64,000 bases of DNA, from contig OX597818.1 of NCBI GenBank assembly GCA_951406725.2, positions 20,150,001-20,214,000 of the forward strand. Direction: 5' to 3'. Under the pieces are notes generated by a model. It searched no databases and was not told the DNA's origin. It was given only the letters and a program-made list of their open reading frames with translations. Origin of the DNA: Octopus vulgaris (Eukaryota). Made by a program: the position numbers and the translations under genes. Shown in pieces: positions 12,709 through 25,389 of this stretch; within the stretch, counting starts at the first letter, position 1; each line of letters opens with the position of its first letter.

Positions 12709-13255
12709 CATATATTAAAATAAATATACACACATACATATTCATGTAATATAGAATTATTTCCTCACACACGCGCACACACATTCCAACAACATATAAA
12801 CAAGTAGTTCATTGTACGCCAGATGAAAGCAGCACGGAAAGGACATATCTTATTTAACTCAGCTTTCTCTCGCGTCGGTTTTGCATGACGAAACTGTTAT
12901 CTTCAAAAGAGTCGTTATTTTGTTCCCAATATTTATTGATGCTCTTTGTCGCTCTTATGTCAGCCTGTTAAAGCTATTCTAAAGGCGAACCTCTCTCGTT
13001 AGCATCTTCTGTTTGTATGTATATCTCTTCTAAATTTATCTGCACTTTATGCTCCTTTGAACACATACAAGCAAGCATTCTGTAAGAGATAGTTATGCAT
13101 ACAAGCATGTATGCATACACAAGCATAAATACATAGAATGAATATGTATGCATAAATATGCATAAATTTATACACAGATATATTGTACAAAAAGTACACG
13201 TGCCCTCATATATTTAAGTAAGATTTATTTATATATAAGTATGCGGGGAAGTGTG

Positions 13256-13332
<77 letters not shown>

Positions 13333-13492
13333 ACAAACGAAACATATGTACATACTCATTAATCTCATACTCAAATTTATAAAATAATGCAGAAAGATAT
13401 GCCAAACAAATAGACAGTTGTTTTGCAACTTGAATGAATTAACATCTAAATCCATAAATCGCACACGCACATTTTTCTGAACAGAAACTCGT

Positions 13493-13543
<51 letters not shown>

Positions 13544-14124
13544 CATACACATATGTATGTATCAAGAATTTACAAAATCATTAAAAGAATATCAAAATTT
13601 GAAAATTCTAATATGTTCAAACAGTACGTTTGAAAGAATAGCTCTTCATTGAACACACGTACATACACACGCATACGCATGTGCAAGCACGCGCGCACAC
13701 ACATACACACACACACACACACATATGGACGCAGAGATGGCAGTGTGGTTCAGAAGCTCGCTTTGCAATCATATGATTTCGAGTTGAGATCTGCTGGGCG
13801 ACATCGCGGGCAAGTATTTTCTACTATAGCCCAGGGCCGACGAATGCACCTTGTGAACGAATTTGGTTAACAGAAGCTCTTTTTTGTTTTTGTCTTTTTT
13901 TTTCATCATGTTGAAACATTAATCCCTAAACATTCTTTCTCCTCCCTCCGTTTTTTTCCCTCTTAATTCTTTCTGCCTCGAAAGACTTTTCCATTCTCCC
14001 CAAACGTTAACCTAATACACCTGCTTGTTGTTCCTTGGGCGAGGGTCTTCTGCTATAGCTTCGGACCGACCAAAGCCTTGTGAGTGGATTTGGTAGATGG
14101 AAACTGAAAGAAGCCCGCTGTATG

Positions 14125-14181
<57 letters not shown>

Positions 14182-14826
14182 GTGTGTGTGTGTGTGTGTC
14201 TGTGTATGATTGTGTGTCTGTGTTTGACCCCCACCATCGCTCGACAACCGATGCTGTTGTGTTTACGTTCCCGTCACTTAACGGTTCGGCAAAAGAGCCG
14301 GATAGAATGAGTATAAAATTAAAGAATAAAATCATTAAAAATTAATGAATTTTATCAGTGGCCAGCATATAAAAAGAACTTTCAGGTAAAAGTCATGTGT
14401 GTGAGTGTGTGTGTGTTTTGATGTTTGTTCTCCACCACCTGAAAGCGATGTTAGTTTGATACGTTCTCGTATTTTAACAGTTCGGCAAAAAGAGAACGAT
14501 AGACTAAGTACCAGCCGTCAAAAAATTAGGAACTGGGATCGACTTTGTCAACTAAACCTTTCGAGACCATTTCTGGTCTGGATAGACAAAAACGGAGGCT
14601 TTTTGTCTAACGTTGAATCGAATAGCGCAAATTTTAGTATGAATCATAGGGCAGCAAACGCATTACGGTTCACTCATGCAGAGAGCTCCAAGGAGAATTT
14701 ATTTTTTATCCTGATGTTATATTCCTTTTTCGCTGTCATTAGTACAAACACAGATGTAAGATAAATACCTACCACCCCTTTATCGCTAAGAACAAGTAAC
14801 ATTCTTTATCATACATACATGTATAT

Positions 14827-14954
<128 letters not shown>

Positions 14955-15641
14955 CTGTGTCTGTGTTTGCCCCCACCATAGCTTGACAACGGATGTTGGT
15001 GTGTTTACGTCCCCGTAACTTAGCCGTTCGGCAAAGGAGCCCGATAAAATAAGTACTAGGCTTACAAAGTATAAGTTCTGGGGTCGATTTGTTCGACTAA
15101 AGGCGGTGCTCCCGCATGGCCGCAGTCAAATGACTGGAACAAATAAAAGAATATATGTATGTATATATATATCTATATATGTGTGTGTGTTTGTGTGTGT
15201 ATGTGTATATTATATATATATACACACACACACACACATTAGGCATTAATAGACCCGGGTAAGGCCAATACTCGGTCTTATATTTATCGATTACTAAAAC
15301 GACTGTAATCATAGGAATTCATTATATTTTCGATAAATTAATTAAAAATGTTACTGACGATCTTCATTTGGTCTGGGAGTTCTTGATTAACTAGGAATAA
15401 GTGATTCTTCTTTTGGAAAATGAAGGAAATGTCAAACGGCCCATGACCTTCTCTTTGAAGATATCTGGCCCTATTCAACGTTTTATTCTTTTATTTGTTT
15501 CGGTCATTTGACTGTGACCATGCTGGAGCACCGCCTTTAGTTGAACAAATCGACCCCGGCACCGCCTTTGGTTGACCAAATAACAAATCGACCCCAGGAC
15601 TAATTCTTTGTAAGCCAAGTACATATTCTATCGGTTTCTTT

Positions 15642-15648
15642 TGCGTTC

Positions 15649-15709
<61 letters not shown>

Positions 15710-15710
15710 C

Positions 15711-15752
<42 letters not shown>

Positions 15753-15949
15753 GCACACACTCTTTTACTTGTTTCAGTCATGTGACTATGGCCATGCTGG
15801 AGCACCGCCTTTAGCCGAACAAATGAACCCCAGGATTTATTCTTTGTAAGCCTAGTACTTATTCTATCGGTCTTTTTTAGCGAACCGCTATGTTACGGCA
15901 AGCGATGGTGGTGGTGGGGAAAACACAGACACACAAATACACACACACA

Positions 15950-16007
<58 letters not shown>

Positions 16008-16240
16008 ATATACGACGGGCTTCTTTCAGTTTCTGTCTACCAAGTCCACTCACAAGGCTTTGGTCGGCCCGAGTATATAATAGAAGTCACTTGCCCAAGA
16101 TGCCACGCAGTGAGACCTAACCCGGAATCATGTGGTTCGTCGGCAAACTTTTTACCACGGAGCCACGCTTGTTTCATTTTTTATTCTTTTTGGTGGCGGT
16201 GCTAACCTGTGACTTACAATTTACAACGCAAAAACCCGTC

Positions 16241-16284
<44 letters not shown>

Positions 16285-16513
16285 ATGTATGTATGTATAT
16301 GTTAGTGTGTTTGTGTTTGTCCCCCACCCAACATCGCTTGACAACCGATGCTGGTGTGTTTACATCACCGTAACATAGCGGTTCGCTAAAAGAGACCGAT
16401 AGAATAAGTACTAAGCTTACAAAGAATAAATCCTGGGGTTCATTTGTTCGACTAAAGGCGGTGCTCCAGCATGGCCATAGTCACATGACTGAAACAAGTA
16501 AAAGAGTGTGTGC

Positions 16514-16547
<34 letters not shown>

Positions 16548-16558
16548 ACACACACACG

Positions 16559-16591
<33 letters not shown>

Positions 16592-16598
16592 GAACGCA
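15642..16598. repeat. Inverted duplication of a family-B SINE 3' half plus flanking microsatellites
   Basis: Arms 15642-15898 and 16368-16598 share variants not seen in the other SINE copies and the non-SINE flank TGCGTTCC(TATC)n. Confidence 0.9.
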
Positions 16599-16660
16599 TA
16601 TGTATAGTGAGATGGCTAGATGTGTGTGTGTGTGTGTGTGTTTGCGTGCACACGCATATA

Positions 16661-16692
<32 letters not shown>

Positions 16693-17200
16693 CATGTATA
16701 CACGCTTGTGTGTTTACTTACGCGATTATCTAGTAAATATTAGACTTGCTGTACACTACTTTCCACATTTAATTCAGGTTAATTAATTAAATTTTCATGG
16801 ATAGGAGCTCAGTTTTACTGGCGCCAGTTTACTATTAAACTATTAATTTAACTGAAGTAGGTGCCCACAGGCGATAAAAATTCTCCAGAACCATTCTGTA
16901 TTAATTCTTGAATAACCTAAATTTCTCTAGTGTACCCTTTGCTGAGATTTTAAGCCATGCTTTGCTAATGAGATTCAATAAAACCCAAACATACCCCATG
17001 TGCCAGGAAGATCAGCACTTATATTACACATCATACGATGTGTACTTCATACTAATTAATTAAGAATTCTATTGGTCCTCCCACCCCACTATAATTAACT
17101 GTTAGATAAAGATTTGTTCTCAAAATTTCCTGGCTTCTGGCTTAGCATCCAGTATGATAACGCCAACTTTAATATATATATATATATATATATATACAGG

Positions 17201-17235
<35 letters not shown>

Positions 17236-17291
17236 CATATGTGTGTGTGTCTGTGTGTATATGAAAACACGATCCTCTGTGTCGGACCCCC

Positions 17292-17607
17292 AAATCTCTC
17301 TTATGGTAAAAAGGTGTGAAAACACCCAGTTGTTTTACTTTGGCCTTCTCTCGGGAATCGCACACATCGTCGTTTCGAGCTTGTTGACTTTTGTCAATGA
17401 GATGTACCTAAGAGAGGCAACTCTTAACGAATTAAATAAAGCTTTATATATAATTCAGCCAATACATTGACTGATTTGCGCTAGTAGATCGCCCGATCGA
17501 GAAAAATATTGGAGTGATAAAGTGGAAACATCGATGTCTGAGATTACCGAGAGAGGGCGACACTGAACGAACTGGGTGTTTTCACAACTTTTTACCATGA
17601 GAGATTT
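17292..17607. mobile_element. Old MITE-like element with ~88-bp diverged TIRs
   Basis: ATGGTAAAAAGGTGTGAAAACACCCAGTT mirrors AACTGGGTGTTTTCACAACTTTTTACCAT. The opposite-strand ORFs SLMVKRCENTQ and SLMVKSCENTQ show the same symmetry. Confidence 0.8.
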
Positions 17608-17813
17608 TTTTCTGCACGTTAACTGCAGTTGAAATATGTGACAAACATAATTCAACTAACCTAAATTGTGATAATACGTAAACACTGCTTTGCACCATCC
17701 CTCCAATACACACACACACAAACACACACATACAAACACACACATATATACATATGTATGTATATGATATTTCTATTTTTGTAATCAGTGGATTTATTTC
17801 ACTAGAATTCTTA

Positions 17814-17951
17814 TATGTTTACAAAGGCTAGACAGGCATCTCCAACTAGCAGGCCATACTACTCCAGACTGATGACGAGCAAAGACTCAGAAACTAGTCT
17901 CTGGTGCAGGCTTCGCTGGGTGGAGGTGCTTGTCTCCCCCTTGTAAACATA
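17814..17951 (+). ncRNA. Type I minimal hammerhead ribozyme at the apex of a long hairpin (retrozyme / Penelope pLTR-like)
   Basis: CCAGA-CUGAUGA(17869-17875)-C GAG caaaga CUC A-GAAA(17890-17893)-CUAG-UC^UCUGG. Helix I is extended by ~38 more pairs including four G-U wobbles. Confidence 0.8.
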
Positions 17952-18085
17952 AGGACACAGGAAATGTGTCAAGGCCGACAGGAAGCGTTGATGCTTCCTA
18001 GGGCTGAATAGCAGTGGTGTAATTCCCTTCATGGGACTGTCACATTTAGTTGACAGTATAAAACTATTCTATATTTATATATATA

Positions 18086-18434
18086 CTAGCAGTATCACCC
18101 GGTGTTGCTTGGGTTTGTTTCGACCCTTTAGAATTGGAATTTTTGAAAAGTAAAAATTTTGCATTATGCACCTTGTTATTCTCTTCAAGTGAACATTTTT
18201 CCAGTTGAAATACACCAAAAAATGGTGACACAGCAGTCAAAAATCGTAAAAAATAGGGATTTTCATAGAAAAAAGCATAGAAAAAAGCACCTTTTTGATG
18301 TAAAGAGCAAGCCTTCTTCTATCATACTCTCATCATTTTGGTCAACCTGCGCTGCAGGGTCTCGAAGGAGATAGTGTTAGTTGAAGGCTACCAAACCTGC
18401 CACACACAGACAACTTCAGCTTTATATATATAGA
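18086..18434 (-). mobile_element. Complete non-autonomous Helitron
   Basis: Minus strand A|TCTATATATATAAAG...CCCAAGCAACACCGGG (subterminal hairpin) TGATACTG CTAG|T: 5' TC, 3' CTAG, A/T target and no TSD. Confidence 0.85.
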
Positions 18435-18439
18435 TTTGC

Positions 18440-19144
18440 TACACACTACTTTCCATCCTTAATAATGAAACTTGGTAGATTCAAAAGTTAAACACACAGA
18501 CACACACACACAGATACACACATAGACACACAAGTTGAGTTTTATATATATAGATTTCTCAACGGGGATTTCAGGGGAGAGTTTCAGGGAGTCGCTGGCG
18601 ATGTATCGTGATGATAAAAAATCCGGGCTGCTAAAATTTGGTTAAAGTGATTCAAACTGCAGACTCAACGCAAAATGGTCACATTTAATTCAAAGCATTA
18701 AAAATGTTATGAAAACAATTGGTATGTGTTCACAAAGTCCAAACGATTAATACGAAAAACCCCTCCAGGCTACATCCCGAAAATTCATTTCTTTGCCGAA
18801 TTTCTACAATGTTTACGGCGATTCGTTTTTATATCTTGATTTTTTATTTTTCATGCAATTTACGCATGCTTGCACGCGTGGTGAACACAGTTCACGTCAA
18901 ACAGCTGACTGAGTAAAGTTCACTATTCAATGCATGGGATAAGGCATAAACAAACACATTATCGATTTTTGCACTTGCGAGATGAATTTCGGAACAGAAA
19001 TAGCGCAGTTCAATTTTCATTCACCTAAACTTTAAGTGACCCATTTTTGGTGGTTCTAAGATTATTTGGCTAGGAGGAGATGTGCCGGGAAGTTAAACAC
19101 ACAGATACACACACAGACACACAAGTTGATTTTATATATATAGA
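18440..19144 (-). mobile_element. Stacked Helitron-like 5' ends of a second family
   Basis: TCTATATATATAAAA(C)TCAACTTGTGTGTC starts on the minus strand at 18554 and 19144. No CTAG 3' ends were seen. Confidence 0.6.
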
Positions 19145-19244
19145 TAGATATATTTATATTATACGTACGTATATATGTATTTATGAATGCACATACACAC
19201 ACACACGCATATATACATATATGTGCATATATATATACATACAT

Positions 19245-19279
<35 letters not shown>

Positions 19280-19303
19280 TATGTATGTATGTACATACAT
19301 ACA

Positions 19304-19334
<31 letters not shown>

Positions 19335-19955
19335 GTAGTCTGTCTGTCTGTCTGTATGTATGTATGTATGTATGTATATATGTATGCATTTATATATGTA
19401 TGAAAGTACATACAAAGACACGCACGCAACTGAAAGCTGAAAACGTCTCATCTTCCCAACCCATATTTCAAGAATCTAATAAGCTCTTGACTAGATGAAG
19501 AGGTGAAAATATACAAACGATTGGAGGAGGTGAGTGAGTGAATAAAGCACGAAAAATATATGCATTGATTAACATATATGTTTTGTTCTGATAAGAAATT
19601 TACGTGTATATATATAGGTATAGTAGATGTGTGTGTGTGTTCATGCGTATATATCAGTATACTTATGAACAAATATTGTATGTGTATGTATATGAACACA
19701 TATACATACACATACAATATATGTGTATGTATATATGTGTATGTGTGTGCATACGCATGTATGTATATGAATGCTTGTATGTATATGTATGTATGCGTGT
19801 GCGCGTGTGTGCTTATCTATATATGTATACACTCACATAAGTATCTCTATCTTTCAAAGTATGTATGTATGCGTGTATGTTTCTGTGTGTATGTATGTAT
19901 GTATGTATGTATGTATCTACCTATCTGTCTGTCCTTCCCCCAATTCTCTCCCCCC

Positions 19956-20003
<48 letters not shown>

Positions 20004-20450
20004 ACTTATCAGCATGTGCGTGTACGTGTGATGTAGTTAAATTTCCTTTTGAAGTTAATGACTAAATTTAAAGCAGCTGTGATATGGTAATAGAAAAGTA
20101 TGTCTCCTAAGCTTGCTTAAAAAAGAAAAAAAAGAAAAACATCTCCAATACAAACACCTCGAAGATTCACTAATATACATTCCAAATCTCTCTGTTCTAC
20201 AAAATATAGCTATCGATCTTCAACAAGATTAACAACTTGACACAACATTTATCTTTTCTTTATATACAATATCTTTGACTGAAATAGGTGGGTTGTTTCT
20301 ATTGTGTTTCAGTGATTGAGTGCTCGCTCTAACAGTGATAGAACTACGGTTTCAAAATTGAATATTCCTATGAGTGCATTGCTTCCCAACGACATGGTTC
20401 CAGGTTCAGTCCCACTCCATGACGACTTGAGAAAATGTGTTCTACTAACT

Positions 20451-20625
20451 GGCGCAGGAGTGGCTGTGTGGTAAGTAGCTTGCTTACCAACCACATGGTT
20501 CCAGGTTCAGTCCCATTGTGTGGCACGTTGAGCAAGTGTCTCCTACTATAGCCTCGGGCCGACCAAAGCCTTGTGAGTGGATTTGGTTGACGGAAACTGA
20601 AAGAAGCCCGCCGTATATATTTCTG

Positions 20626-20688
<63 letters not shown>

Positions 20689-20896
20689 TTGTGTGTGTGC
20701 GTTTGTCCTCCCAACATCGCTTGACAACCGATGCTGGTGTGTTTACGTTCCCGGTTCGGCAAAAGGAGACCGATAGAATAAGTACTAGGCTTACAAAGAA
20801 TAAGTCCTGGGGTCGATTTGCTCGACTAAAGGCGGTGCTCCAGCATGGCCACAGTCAAATGACTGAAACAAGTAAAAGAGTAAAAGAGTAAAGAGA
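20451..20896 (+). mobile_element. Full-length family-B (CORE-type) tRNA SINE nested in an older copy of the same family (~20375-21170)
   Basis: GGCGCAGGAGTGGCTGTGTGGTAAG head, GGTTCAGTCCC B-box, TTG(A/G)GCAAGTGTC CORE-like segment, internal (TA)n(TG)n and a (GTAAAAGA)n tail. Confidence 0.92.
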
Positions 20897-21393
20897 GTAT
20901 AGCCTAGGGCTGACTAAATTCTTGTGGGTGGATTTCGTAGACGGAAACTGAAAGAAGACCGTCGTGTCTTTGTGTATGTGTTTTTCTTCCACCACCGTTT
21001 GACAACCGGTGTTGGTGTTTACGACCTCGTAACTTAGCGGTTCGGCAAGAAAGAGACCGATAGCAAAGTACCAAGCTTCACAAAAAATAAGTACTAGGAT
21101 CGACTAAAATTCTTCCAGGCATGGCCGCAGTCAAATGACTGAAACAAGTAAAAGATAAAAACAAAATATAAAAGTTGAACGTATTCTTGACAATTAGTTC
21201 TATTAATAAATTTCTAGTGAGTTAGCAATATGATACAACGTGTGACAAGGCTTTAGCTTCTGAGTTACAGCTTCGAACCATCCGACAAGTTTCAATACAA
21301 TTTCTGTCAATCTTCGTCCCGAGGATTAAAATGCAATACAGCGAGATCGAGCACGGGCTTAGTGGTTGAGAGGTGAACTACATACATAGTTAA

Positions 21394-21660
21394 GGTACTA
21401 CTTGAGAATAGTGGTCCCGATGCGCGCACTCGCGTAGTCGCGCATCCGCTCTAGCTAGTCGTGACTAGTCGATCCTACAACGACTACCTAGCAAAGTAAA
21501 TAAAACACAAAATAAATAAATTTTTTTACACAAAGTAAATAATTTTTTTAAACAAAGTAAATAAAACACAAAAACACAAAGTAAGGATCGACTAGTCATG
21601 ACTAGTTAGCGCGGATGCGCGACTACGCGAGTGCGCGCACCGGGACCACTGTTCTCATAG
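21394..21660. mobile_element. MITE with 74-bp CpG-rich TIRs between TTAA sites (Kolobok-like)
   Basis: Arms 21403-21476 and 21584-21657. The left end is TTAA|GG, TTAA recurs at 21661, and the spacer is made of CAAAGTAAATAA repeats. Confidence 0.75.
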
Positions 21661-23242
21661 TTAATCCCCACTCACCCCAATAAAAACGAAGAAAAAACGC
21701 AAGAAAAAAAAAAAACAACGCGTGGACGTGGTACATGCAAAGTATTAGCAGGTAATTACTTTAAATGAAAACGTGCACACCCATATTTATAAATATATAT
21801 GAATTTATACTAATGCATTCACCATGCGTTCTCTGGATGTATGTGCATGTGTATCTTATCCTTTATGGGGTTTCCACAGGTTTTGTACGGTCTATCTCCA
21901 CTTTTGCATTAGCGACCGGTTTACCAGCACATTTATACTTTACTGTGCAGTCAATCATCACTACAAGAACTTTATACTGCAGAATTATTAAAATGTGTTG
22001 AATAATGCTGAATAGTGATTTATCATTTATGATATACACTTAATCATACAAATCATAATCCTCGAAAAAGTACTAAATGATCATCGTCAATGGTCAACAT
22101 TATGATAGAATTCATTGGTATTACATAACTGAAACAAATAAGTTACATTTAAATCAGCCAATGCCACACACTTTGTGTATCGTTTAGGAATGCCAAAGCA
22201 AACAAATCTGCAACATCTATTTTCAGTATTTTCCAGCAAATGTGGTCAAGGTAACACTACTAATGCCTCACAGCTTCTTTAAAATCCTTGTTTTGGCATC
22301 GCAACTGCTGTTTCTTCGAGCGGTCATTTCTCAGCGTAAACTACACACACTGCAGAGACAGGTGCATTCAAATCAAACTGGTAAATAAAAATAAAGGTCA
22401 GCATGGTCAGGCGTGCTCAGGTAAAAAAAGAATACAAGATCTGGTAATAAATTCAGCCATGAAAGGTCACAAAAGCAGCTGGGGTTTCAGTAGACATATC
22501 AGGTTATTTCAGAGCGTAGACTATGGTTACTGCGGTAGACCGCACGCTAAAGTAGCACCCAATTAGCTTTTTAATGGTCAGTGAAAGACTTCCATGCTTA
22601 ATAATATTTATTATTACTACAAAATAATAATAAAGTAAAAGGGAATGTACCAATGTAGATGTGTTAAGAATTAATGTCATATTAAACAAAACCAGTGGTC
22701 GATAAATATTTTCTTTCCAATTACACTGAATGACAACGTATCATTGTTTCTCATAAAAAAATTTTTTTCTACATCTAACATTTAACATCAATATTATTAT
22801 TAAAACTGGGGGAATGAGACTTAAGATTTCTTCATGTCATTTTCCTGACAACTGCATTTTTGTTTCACATTAAAATCATCTAACTTTTCTTTTTAATACG
22901 AAGAATTCATTGAATGGAAGTAGTATCAACGACTCAGATAATTAATCCTAATGTGTTGTTGTTGTTGTTGTTGTTATTATCATTAAGGCGGCGAGCTGGC
23001 AGAATCGTTAGCACGCCAGGCAAAATGCTTAGCGGCTTTAGTCTGTCTTTATGTTCTGAGTTCAAATCTGAGTTCAAATTCCGCCGAGGTCGACTTTGCC
23101 TTTCATCGATAAATTAAGTACCAGTGAAACACTGGAGTCGGTGTAACCGACGAGTCCCCTCCCCCAAATTTCAGCCCTTAGTAGAAAGGATCATTGCGTA
23201 AAGTAGATTAGTACCTAGAGTAGAAAGGATTATTATTATTAC

Positions 23243-23291
<49 letters not shown>

Positions 23292-23292
23292 T

Positions 23293-24392
23293 TCATTAGC
23301 ACCTTCTTTCAATTCCGTTTCCATTTCTTGCCGAGTGTCTTCCTGACACCTAGGGCAGAGAAACGTATTGTATACATTGGTAGGCCATTAAAACAAGCAC
23401 ACCAGATTGTTCATTTACAAAGTCATGTGATAGAGAAAAAGGGGAAGACAGAAAGAAAAAAGAAAAAATAGAAAAGTAAACAAATAAAGGGGGGAAAGGT
23501 AAGAAAATTCACAGCGACAATGCTCTTCTCAATATGTGTGACGTACCAGTTAAGACAATCTTTTGCACTTCCTGCATGAATGGTAAGCCAGGAATCATTC
23601 TTAAATAATTTTCAGTTCCTTTTTTGATCATTCCAAGTGTTCCTACAATCACTGGTTTTGTAACCGTCTTGAGATGCCACATCTTTTCGATTTCCATTAG
23701 CAGATCTTTATATTTTCTGACCTTATCAAATTCTTTTGTCGAGATATTATGGTCACAGTGTATGCTCATGTCAATCAGTAAACAGACTTTATTGCTGTAG
23801 TCTTTCACAGTTATATCTGGTTTATTGGCCTTAATGGTCCGATCTATACATGCTGGGAAGTCCTAAAGAATAATTACATTTTCTCCTTCAGTTACAGCCT
23901 TAGGGTGGTGCTTCTACCATTTGTCAACAGTTTTGATTTTATAATGCCGACACATTATCCAGTGTAGATATTGGCCAACTCTGTCATGTCTTGATTTGTA
24001 CTCTACAAGTGCTAAAAACCTTACATCCAGAGATTAGGTGATCGACTGTTTCTATTCCATCGTTGCAGTATCGGCACTTTGGGTCTACACCATTTTTCAT
24101 CACATTGGCTTGATAGTTCCGGGTCAATAAGCTCTGATTTTGGGCAGCTAAGATAAAGCCTCCATGTACTTTAGCCCTGAGATCCGTAGCCACTGATAGG
24201 TGTGCTTCTGGTCTACATCAGCTTGATTTGCTACGCGCCATATATTTGCTATGCAGAGGTTTTTGCTCCCATCTATCAGCCAATTGTTCAAACGCATTTT
24301 GCTTTGCGATTGATTTCACCTTCTTTGCAACTACAGTTGCTGCACTTCCCTCATGCTGTTCAACCTGGGTATTATGCATAAACTCACTTGAA
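23293..24392 (-). mobile_element. 5'-truncated Dong/R4-type non-LTR retrotransposon (zinc knuckle plus restriction-like endonuclease), decayed
   Basis: CRYCNDGIETVDHLISGC, RHD, KPDI..D and PVIVGTLG...QKIVLTGTSHILRRAL* motifs, with (ATT)n arrays on both sides. Confidence 0.9.
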
Positions 24393-24393
24393 A

Positions 24394-24450
<57 letters not shown>

Positions 24451-24499
24451 AAAACCTATCTACGAATAACATGGATAATTCACTGCAATTTAAGTAAGT

Positions 24500-24910
24500 C
24501 TCTAGTGGTGTATTTGGGAAATCCAGGCGAAGCTTGTCGTACACCTGTAAATGCCTGAGAAGCTTAGCGAGGCTTTTGTGCCAACCCACTATCTGCTACT
24601 CACACATAGTCTTTGCTTGTGTCTAAGATTCCATTCCAGTCGCCCACTAACACTAGTGAGCGAGATGTTCCTAGGAAAGTCTCTAGACATCTAAAGAAAT
24701 CCGACTGTCCAGTTCCAATTGCTGCATAGACTGCCGCTAATCTGAATGCTCCACCATTGCCGTCTTTGCTGCTTACGTCCAAGACCACCATCCTACCGAC
24801 GGGGTCTTGAAAAACTGTACTAATTTTCAAGTCAAGGCGTTTCCAAAACAGCACCCCGACGCCATCTGATCCTGGCCGGCCGGAGGAGGCATAAATCTCG
24901 AAGTCATCCA
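24500..24910 (-). mobile_element. Tx1/L1-type LINE ORF2 fragment (APE endonuclease)
   Basis: DPVGRMVVLDV...FRLAAVYA...LVLVGDWNGILD matches APE motifs. Confidence 0.85.
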
Positions 24911-24984
24911 GAAGTAGAGCAAGTGATTACGTTTCAGAAATCTTAACGCTGGAGATGTACTGCGGTGACAGCTGTTCATTACCA

Positions 24985-25318
24985 GTGAACTAAGGTAACA
25001 CCCCTTATTTTTCGAGCACCTTCCAGAGTATTCGAGCGGTTCCAAGCAGTGCTGTTTTCTGCAAGTGCTCCACCCTTATTGCAGCCCCTATTTGTTCCAT
25101 GTACTTCTCAAGATTTTTACTCACTGTTCCCAGGGCTCCGATAATTATTGGTACTACTACCACCTTTTTCTTCGACCACAACTGCTTAACATCTCAAGCT
25201 AACCTGTCATATCTATCGACTTTTCTTTCTTCCTTATCGCATACCTTGTTGTCAGCTGGACATGCTTATATCTATGATCCAGCGTTGTTTGCTTTCTTTC
25301 TCAATTAACACTATGTCT
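24985..25318 (-). mobile_element. Dong/R4-type LINE 3' fragment
   Basis: Minus strand reads VVVPIIIGALGTVSKNLEKYMEQIGAAIRVEHLQKTALLGTARIL and abuts (ATT)n at 25322-25389. Confidence 0.85.
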
Positions 25319-25320
25319 GG

Positions 25321-25389
<69 letters not shown>

